From Candidatus Sericytochromatia bacterium (GTDB lineage: Bacteria > Cyanobacteriota > Sericytochromatia > S15B-MN24 > UBA4093), in NCBI GenBank assembly GCA_036676985.1, contig JAKFBU010000077.1, positions 48,576 through 112,575 on the forward strand: a stretch of 64,000 bases of DNA, in the 5' to 3' direction. This document shows positions 57,423-64,000 of this stretch, piece by piece. The notes under the pieces were generated by a model. That model saw only the letters and a program-made list of their open reading frames with translations. It did not search any database and was not told where the DNA came from. The translations under genes were made by a program, and so were the position numbers. The stretch's first letter is position 1; each line of letters starts with the position of its first letter.

Positions 57423-60400
57423 TCAGCGCTCGGTGGCGGCGGACCCGTCGTCGGCCTCCGGTCGGGGGGACGCATGGTCCAGCGGCAGCTCGATCCAAAA
57501 GGTGCTTCCGGCCTCAGGGACGCTGTGCACGCCAATCCGCCCCCCATGGGCCTCGACGATCGACTGGCAGATGGAGAGCCCGAGCCCGGCCCCGCCCTTT
57601 TCACGGGTCGAGGTGGCGTCGACCTGGTAGAAGCGCTGGAAGAGCTTCTCGTGGTGCTCTGACTCGATGCCGATGCCGGTGTCCACCACCTCGACTCGTA
57701 CGGCGGAGGCGGTGGCCTGCAGGGAGACCGTGATCGTGCCGCCCGCCGGGGTGAACTTGACCGCGTTGCCGATCAGGTTGATCAGGACCTGCCCCAGGCG
57801 ATCCGGGTCTGCCGACAGCCGGACGGGGGCATCGGGCAAGAGGGTCCGAACCGAGAGCGCGTGTTCCCGGACGATCGGCCGGAGGCTCTCGACCACTTCC
57901 GTGATCTTTTGCCCCAGGTCGAAGGGCACGCGCACCAGGCTGAAGGTGCCGGATTCCATCCGGGCGAAGTCCAGGAGGTCGTCGACAAGGCGCTTGAGGC
58001 TCAGGGTGGCCTGCTGGATCTGGCGGACGGACTCCTCCTGGCCATTCGTCAGGTCGCCGTCGAGGCGGTCCTCCAGGAACTCGGCGTAGCCGAGGATCGT
58101 CGTCAGGGGCGTCCGCAGCTCATGGGAGACGAGGCTGAGGAAACTGGTCTTGAGCTGGTCGAGCTCCATCAGCTGGTCGTAGGCCTGCCGCAACTCGGCG
58201 GTCCGCTCCTCTACCCGACTTTCAAGCTCGCGCGCCTGGGCCTCCCGGATCTGCTGATTGGCTTCCATGTAGGCCGCCTTTTCCGCCGCCAGCGCGTTTT
58301 GCAGCGAGATGCCAGCCTGGGCCGACAGGATCTGCAGCACCGCCATGCGGTCGGAGCTGAAGGCATCGGTCAGGAGGTTGTTTTCCAGGTAGAGGACGCC
58401 GAGCAGGGCGCCCTGGTTGATCACGGGCAAGGCCAGGATCGACTTCGGGTGATGCGCCTGGACGTAAGGGTCCCGGGTGAAGCCGCCATGGTGGGCGGCA
58501 TCGCCCAGCACCACGACGGATCGGGTGCGGATGACGTAGCGGACGAGACTCGACGGTAAGCCCCCATGCTCTTCGAGCGTCTTGCCTTGCAGGAGCGTGA
58601 CCGTGCCGTCCACCGTGCTCTCGGCCTGGACCACGTAGGACGTGCCGCCCTCCGACTCCTGGGCGAGGATGAGCACTCCCGACTGGGCCCCCGCATTCTC
58701 CTTGACGATGGAGAGGAGCCGCTCCAGGAGACGCCTGAGGATCACCTCGCCCGAGATGGCCTGGGTGGCCTTCCAGACGGTCGAGAGGTCCAACACTCCG
58801 TTTGCGACCAGCTGCGGAACGAGGCCGAGATGGACCGGCTGCTCTCCCGTGGGTTCGAGCGCAGGGACCTCCGAAACATCGCCTGGCGCCTGATGCTCGA
58901 GGGACCGGACCTTGGCAATGGCTCCCCAACGCGAATAAGCCTCTCGGGCGTCCTGGAGGTAGGCGTGGGCAGCCTTGTTCAGGCCCTGCGCCTGGTAGAA
59001 GCGCGCGGCCGCCTCGTTGGCCAGTGCCTCGTAACGGACGAACCCGCGATCCTTGGCCTGCATCACGGCACGTTCGAACAGGATCGGTGCCTCGGTGAGA
59101 CGACCCTCCAGCCAAGCGAGCTCCGCCTCCATCAGGCTGAGGTGGCTCTGGAAATTCGCGGGGCAGTGGCGCGTCCATGCCTTCATCTGCCGGTGAAAGC
59201 CCCGGAGCAATCGCCATGCCGCCGCCCGCTCGGCACCACCGCGAGCCGCCATGCGAGCAGCCACCCGGAAGCCGTGGACGGCGAGGTCCACCACGTAGGG
59301 CGAGCCCGCTAGGGCTTTGATGGTGCGTTTGGCGGCCAGGAGCTCCGACCAGGCGACCTCCCACTGCTCATGAAGGCAGGCGAGCTGGAGCTTGCAGAGG
59401 TGATAGATGGAAAGGCCCGAGACGTACCGCGCTTCCTGCATCTGCTCCAGGCAGTGCCCCTCGTCGAAGCGGGCATCGCTCAAGCTGAGGGGAGAGTGGG
59501 TCTCGCCGCGCAGGCTGCGCCAGAGTTGCTGGGCGCATAACGCCGCGTTCAGGGCGTTCTGGTAATGGGACTGCCGGCAGATCGCGAGGTAGTGCTCCCC
59601 GGCGGTGACGGCCGCGCCCAGGTCCGCCTGAGGGGCCCAGAAGTGGACGTAGCCGCAGGCGAAGGCCATGAACAGGAAGTCACCGGACCGGCGCCCGACG
59701 TCCACGGACTCCTTGAACCAGGCATCGAGCCCCTCCCAGGGAGCGCTCCAGCTGTGGGCGAACAGGGCGTAAAGCACGAGCGTGCGGCTCTTGGTGTGGT
59801 AGGCCCCGAAGCGCTCGGTGAGGCGCAGGGCGAGCTCTCCGAACTCGTAGGCCCCCGTGAAGTCCCCGAGGCCGGCCAGCATGACCGAATAGCACGAGTA
59901 GGCGGTCACGGCCTCGACACAGTTGCCGTGGCGCAGGGACAGGCGGGCCAACCGGAGCATGGTCGTCGCGAAGAGCGTCTCGTTGCCCGTGAGGTAGGCA
60001 GGAGCCATGAAGTCCGCCAGGATTCGCATGGTGAGCCGGATGCGAGGGTCCGTGACGAGCGGCGCCGCTTCGAAGTCCCGGGCCGTGCGGCGACCCTGGA
60101 CGGCCTTGGTGAGCGCGAGCTCCTTGGCGACCGAAGCCGCGCCGGGCTGGGCGGAGAGCTTGATGCCCAGCAGGCCGAGTGCCTTCAAGCCTTCCCCGAT
60201 GGCCTCGTCCATGCGGTTACTGAAGGAGTAGAGGCTGGAGGTCAAGGCGTGGACCTCGGCCCGCTCGATCGGGGTACGGCTGCGGCGCATCAGCTCGACA
60301 CAGCAGCGCTCGGCCACCTCGAACTCGCCGCACAGGTGGGCACAGGCCACGCTCAGCCGGAAGATTTCGAGCGCGAGTTCGGGATGATCCGACCAGGTGC

Positions 60401-62717
60401 TATCGGGCAGGACCTCCCGGGCCACTTCCACGAACTCGAAGGCCGGCCGATAGGCCGCCGACTCCTTGGCCTTGCGCGCGGCCTGCAGGTTCAGGCGGGC
60501 GAGCTCGAGGCGTTCTCTGTCGTCGATCATGAGCGCACGGCCGGCGTTCAGCTGTAGCGCGATCTCCTGGCCATGGACCCGGAGCTCCTCCTCGTCGGCC
60601 TGAGCGAGCATGAGCCGTCCGATTCGCAGGTGCAGGCTCCGGCGCTCCTCGTCCGGCAGCAGGGCATACGCCGCCTGCCGTACCCGGTCGTGCAGGAACT
60701 CGCAGCGGGTCGCGTGCGAAAGCGACTTCGGCTCATCCTTTGCGCCCGGGCAAGAAGCGTCCTCGTTCCGGGGCAGGACGAGACCCGCGATGAAGGCCGG
60801 CCACAGGGCATTCACGAGGTCGGCGGGCGATCGCCCCCATGCCTGGGCCAGCAGGCGCAGATCGAAGGCACGCCCGATGGCTGCCGCCAGGCTCAAGAGT
60901 GCCTGCGTCTCGGGCTCGAGCCGCCGGATCCGACCCAGCATGAACTCCACGACGTCCTCGCGCATGCGCGCCCGGGGCAGGGCGTCGACCTCCCAGGTCC
61001 AGCGCGCTTCCCGGTCATCGAAGAACACGAGGCCATCCTGGTGCAAGGTCCGCAGGAGCTCCTTGGCGAAGAACGGGTTGCCATCGGTCCGCGCGAACAG
61101 GAAAGAGCCGAGGCTGCGCGTTTCCGTGGGGTCCGTCTGCAAGGCGTCGGCGACAAGCCGGTTGATGGCGTCTTCGTCGAGCGGCCGGAGCGGCATATGC
61201 CGGACGCCAGGGACGTCCAGCAGGTCGGTGAGCTCGGCCGACAGCTCCTCGTTTCGGAAGGCCACGATCAGCAGCAGCGCCAGGTCCCCCTGGGTTTCGA
61301 GCCAGCGGCGGAGCAGGAGGATGGTCGGAGTGTCGCTCCATTGCAGATCGTCCAGGAAGAGGACGACGGGCTGCTCGGGAGAGGCGAGCGTCGCGACGAG
61401 CCGGTCGATGGTCGACAGGAAGCGGTTCTGCTCTTCGGTCGGGTTGAGCGTCTCCAGGGGCGGCTGGGGGCCGATGACGTGAACGAGATCGGGCACGAGC
61501 TCCAGCGCGATGTGGCCATTCTGGCCGAGTGCGAGCAGGAGGTCGGCCTTCCAGGTGGCCAGTCGTTCCTCCGGCTCGGTGAGCAGGTGCCTCACCAGAC
61601 GCCCGAGGGCCTCGGAGAGTGCCGCGTAGGGCGCCTGCCGCTGGTACTGGTCGAACTTGCCGGCCAGGAATAGCCCGCACGAGGCGGTGGCCTGCCGCAT
61701 GACGTCGTGGACCAGGGTGGTCTTGCCGCTCCCGGCCGGTCCGGCCAGGGTGACGAGGACCGTCTTTCCGTTTCGAGCGGCATCGAAGGCGGCGTGCAGG
61801 GCCTGGGCCTCTTGGTCGCGGCCGAGGAGGCGCGGGTGTAGCTGGAAGGAGTCCCGGACCTCGGCACGTGCCAGGGGGAACGGGGTGATGGTCCCGGTCT
61901 CACGCCACTGGCGCTGCCCCTCCAACAGGTCGTTCAGCAGTCCCTTGGCACTCTGGTAGCGCTCCGAGGGGTTCTTGGCCATGAGCTTGAGCACCAGGTC
62001 GCCGAGCGCATCCGGAAGGGTTCGGTTGAGGCGTTGGGGTGGCGCCGGAAGTTGGGCCACATGGCTGTAGACCCACTCGAGGGGATCCGAGGCCTTGAAC
62101 GGCGGCTCTCCGGCGAGGAGCGAGTAGAAGGTGACGCCCAGCGAATAAAGGTCACTCCGCGCATCCGGCTCGTGGCTCAGGCGTCCGGACAGCTCGGGGG
62201 CCATGAAGGCGAGCGATCCGGCGAGGGCGTGCGGGGGCTCGCCGGGGTTCCCGAGCTCGGAGGCGAGGCAGAAGCCGAAGAGACGTAACGTCTGGCGTTC
62301 GGAATCCCAGAGGATGTTGCCAGGGTGCAGGTCTCGGTGCAGGAAGCGCTGGTGGAGGGAGTCCAGGGCTCGGGCGCAGGCAATGGCGAGCGGAAAGAAG
62401 TCCTCCAGCGGCATGGGCTGGCCGGGGGAGACCAGCGAGGAAAGCGGTTGCGCTCCGCTGTCCTCGAAGACGATGGCCAGGCTGGTGCCCGAGGGCACCA
62501 GTCCCAGCGGCCGGACGGCGAGTCCGACCTCCATGCCGTCCAGCAGCTCGTGTTCACGCTTCAGGATCGACTGGGCCAGGGCGGCGGGGACTTCCTCGCT
62601 GACCGTCTTGAGCAGGACCGGCAGCCGGTCCGCGTCGCGGATCGCTCGATACACTGCCGTGCGCGTGGAGCGCTGCAGTTCATGGGTGATCCGAAACCCT
62701 GGAATGGATGGAGACAT
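57423..62717 (-). CDS. Ser/Thr kinase-like - AAA ATPase - GAF - histidine kinase (HstK-type hybrid)
   Basis: HRDLHPGN, MAPE, RSDLYSLG; GPAGSGKT, LDDLQWSD, GNPFF, FLHDRV; GAF (YLENNL); [14 protein letters not shown]. Confidence 0.92.
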   Translation of the reverse strand: MSPSIPGFRITHELQRSTRTAVYRAIRDADRLPVLLKTVSEEVPAALAQSILKREHELLDGMEVGLAVRPLGLVPSGTSLAIVFEDSGAQPLSSLVSPGQPMPLEDFFPLAIACARALDSLHQRFLHRDLHPGNILWDSERQTLRLFGFCLASELGNPGEPPHALAGSLAFMAPELSGRLSHEPDARSDLYSLGVTFYSLLAGEPPFKASDPLEWVYSHVAQLPAPPQRLNRTLPDALGDLVLKLMAKNPSERYQSAKGLLNDLLEGQRQWRETGTITPFPLARAEVRDSFQLHPRLLGRDQEAQALHAAFDAARNGKTVLVTLAGPAGSGKTTLVHDVMRQATASCGLFLAGKFDQYQRQAPYAALSEALGRLVRHLLTEPEERLATWKADLLLALGQNGHIALELVPDLVHVIGPQPPLETLNPTEEQNRFLSTIDRLVATLASPEQPVVLFLDDLQWSDTPTILLLRRWLETQGDLALLLIVAFRNEELSAELTDLLDVPGVRHMPLRPLDEDAINRLVADALQTDPTETRSLGSFLFARTDGNPFFAKELLRTLHQDGLVFFDDREARWTWEVDALPRARMREDVVEFMLGRIRRLEPETQALLSLAAAIGRAFDLRLLAQAWGRSPADLVNALWPAFIAGLVLPRNEDASCPGAKDEPKSLSHATRCEFLHDRVRQAAYALLPDEERRSLHLRIGRLMLAQADEEELRVHGQEIALQLNAGRALMIDDRERLELARLNLQAARKAKESAAYRPAFEFVEVAREVLPDSTWSDHPELALEIFRLSVACAHLCGEFEVAERCCVELMRRSRTPIERAEVHALTSSLYSFSNRMDEAIGEGLKALGLLGIKLSAQPGAASVAKELALTKAVQGRRTARDFEAAPLVTDPRIRLTMRILADFMAPAYLTGNETLFATTMLRLARLSLRHGNCVEAVTAYSCYSVMLAGLGDFTGAYEFGELALRLTERFGAYHTKSRTLVLYALFAHSWSAPWEGLDAWFKESVDVGRRSGDFLFMAFACGYVHFWAPQADLGAAVTAGEHYLAICRQSHYQNALNAALCAQQLWRSLRGETHSPLSLSDARFDEGHCLEQMQEARYVSGLSIYHLCKLQLACLHEQWEVAWSELLAAKRTIKALAGSPYVVDLAVHGFRVAARMAARGGAERAAAWRLLRGFHRQMKAWTRHCPANFQSHLSLMEAELAWLEGRLTEAPILFERAVMQAKDRGFVRYEALANEAAARFYQAQGLNKAAHAYLQDAREAYSRWGAIAKVRSLEHQAPGDVSEVPALEPTGEQPVHLGLVPQLVANGVLDLSTVWKATQAISGEVILRRLLERLLSIVKENAGAQSGVLILAQESEGGTSYVVQAESTVDGTVTLLQGKTLEEHGGLPSSLVRYVIRTRSVVVLGDAAHHGGFTRDPYVQAHHPKSILALPVINQGALLGVLYLENNLLTDAFSSDRMAVLQILSAQAGISLQNALAAEKAAYMEANQQIREAQARELESRVEERTAELRQAYDQLMELDQLKTSFLSLVSHELRTPLTTILGYAEFLEDRLDGDLTNGQEESVRQIQQATLSLKRLVDDLLDFARMESGTFSLVRVPFDLGQKITEVVESLRPIVREHALSVRTLLPDAPVRLSADPDRLGQVLINLIGNAVKFTPAGGTITVSLQATASAVRVEVVDTGIGIESEHHEKLFQRFYQVDATSTREKGGAGLGLSICQSIVEAHGGRIGVHSVPEAGSTFWIELPLDHASPRPEADDGSAATER

Positions 62718-62817
62718 AGCAGCCCTTCCCGACGGTCGTACTTGGTTATACCCCTGGTTGCTCGAGCGCTAAGTCGGAAAAGTCGCGGCTGCCCTGAAGA
62801 ATGCGTGAGGCCTGCGG

Positions 62818-63330
62818 CTAGAAGGGGCTCTTGACCAGGCCCAGGCTCGTGACGAGCTTCTGGAACTCGCCCAGTGAGACCTCGCCGTCGTCGTCCTTGT
62901 CGGCAAGAGTGAAGACCAGCTTCGCGTAGGGCACGTGCTTGATGTCCTCGCGGGTGACCTTGCCGTCGAAGTTGGTGTCGCAGACGGTGTAGAGGAGGCG
63001 CGTGGCCGTGTCGACGGTGGTGGCCATCATCTGCAAGAGCTCGTCGAAGCTGAGGTAGCCGTCGTTGTTCTTGTCGAAGTAGGGCCGCATGAAGAAGGGG
63101 CCGGGGGCGTTCTTGGCCAGCTCCTTCTTGCTGACGAGGCCGTCGCCGTTGTCGTCGAGGTACTTGAAGTACAGCTTCATCAGCTGCTTGATCTGCCCCT
63201 TGACCAGGTTGACGTCCCGGGCCTCGAGGGTCTCGGCGGAAGGGGGGCGGACGCTGGCCTGCTGGACGGGGGAGCCGCCGCAGCCGGCAAGGAAGAGGGC
63301 GAGGAGGGCGATGGGGGCAACGTGTTTCAC
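62818..63330 (-). CDS. EF-hand lipoprotein
   Basis: lipobox LAGC; four EF-hands (DDNGDGLVSKKE, DKNNDGYLSFDE, DTNFDGKVTRED, DKDDDGEVSLGE). Confidence 0.85.
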   Translation of the reverse strand: MKHVAPIALLALFLAGCGGSPVQQASVRPPSAETLEARDVNLVKGQIKQLMKLYFKYLDDNGDGLVSKKELAKNAPGPFFMRPYFDKNNDGYLSFDELLQMMATTVDTATRLLYTVCDTNFDGKVTREDIKHVPYAKLVFTLADKDDDGEVSLGEFQKLVTSLGLVKSPF

Positions 63331-63505
63331 GGGTACGAGTCTCCTGAGGGAACTAAATTCTTTAACTTATTGATTAATACACGTTAATCTTGCGTTCCTG
63401 AACCGGCGACTTCCGGGGCGAGCGAGCGGGAGGCTTGGCGAGGCTCGTGGCCATGCGGTTTTCAGGCGATTGAATCTATGGTGTAATTCAGGCGAGGAGG
63501 GCTTC

Positions 63506-64000
63506 ATGGCTGACCAGCAGGACCTTACGGAGATCGAAGCCACGCTTCGCACGCTGTACGACGCGCTCAAGGGGCTCGACGACGGGGCGGTGGCAGACTA
63601 CATCCCGGAGCTCGCCAAGGCCGACCAGGGCTGGTTCGCCATTTGCCTGTGCAGCCCGGAGGGTCGGATCTACGAGGTCGGCGATGCGCGGCAGGCGTTC
63701 ACCATCCAGTCGGTCTCGAAGCCCCTCCTCTATGGCCTGGCCCTGGATACCTACGGCCGGGAGTTCGTCGCGACGCGGGTCGGCGTCGAGCCGACGGGCG
63801 ACTCCTTCCACTCCATCATCAAGCTGGACGAGCAATCGAAGCGCCCGCACAACCCCATGGTGAACGCGGGGGCGATCGCCATGACGAGCCTCGTGCAGGG
63901 CGTTTCCCCAACCGATCGCCTGGTGCGGCTCCTGGGCACCCTCGAGCGCTACGTGGGGCACCGGGTGTCGGTGGACATGGCGGTCTACACCTCGGAGCGC
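63506..64000 (+). CDS. glsA: glutaminase A (truncated by window end)
   Basis: GAGGAGG RBS; VADYIPELAKAD, FTIQSVSKP, VGVEPTGDSF, NPMVNAGAI. Confidence 0.92.
   Translation, partial: MADQQDLTEIEATLRTLYDALKGLDDGAVADYIPELAKADQGWFAICLCSPEGRIYEVGDARQAFTIQSVSKPLLYGLALDTYGREFVATRVGVEPTGDSFHSIIKLDEQSKRPHNPMVNAGAIAMTSLVQGVSPTDRLVRLLGTLERYVGHRVSVDMAVYTSER

Overview
This is a GC-rich bacterial chromosomal window. It holds mostly housekeeping and signalling genes: rex, a PLD/cardiolipin synthase-like gene, pepT, an OPT transporter, a fused transketolase, an aminotransferase, topA, folE, four paralogous sensor kinases, a PP2C phosphatase, a DEAD-box helicase, TlpA, pirin and glsA. Two regions stand out. 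(1) 41.2-54.4 kb: a tRNA-Arg(CCG) gene (54296-54368, minus strand) anchors a tandem array of four cargo segments (562, 2145, 7486 and 2789 bp). The segments are separated by four near-identical 31-bp cores, each fused to a GC-rich hairpin. Each core is the tRNA T-arm/acceptor half with a 5-bp insertion, which matches the attP-versus-attB geometry known for large serine recombinases. I see no recombinase in the array. The cargo is largely defence-like (HsdR_N nuclease, DUF4236-Mrr nuclease plus TerB-like/AAA ATPase, Fic, cyclase-STAND-TPR), so this looks like an integrase-less, integron-like cassette array. (2) 2.8-8.6 kb: a Rex-adjacent cluster of multiheme c-type cytochrome lipoproteins, a His-rich membrane protein and YceI, with shared upstream motifs and two copies of a MITE carrying internal REP-like hairpins. 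All protein calls come from motif recognition by eye; no database searches were run.
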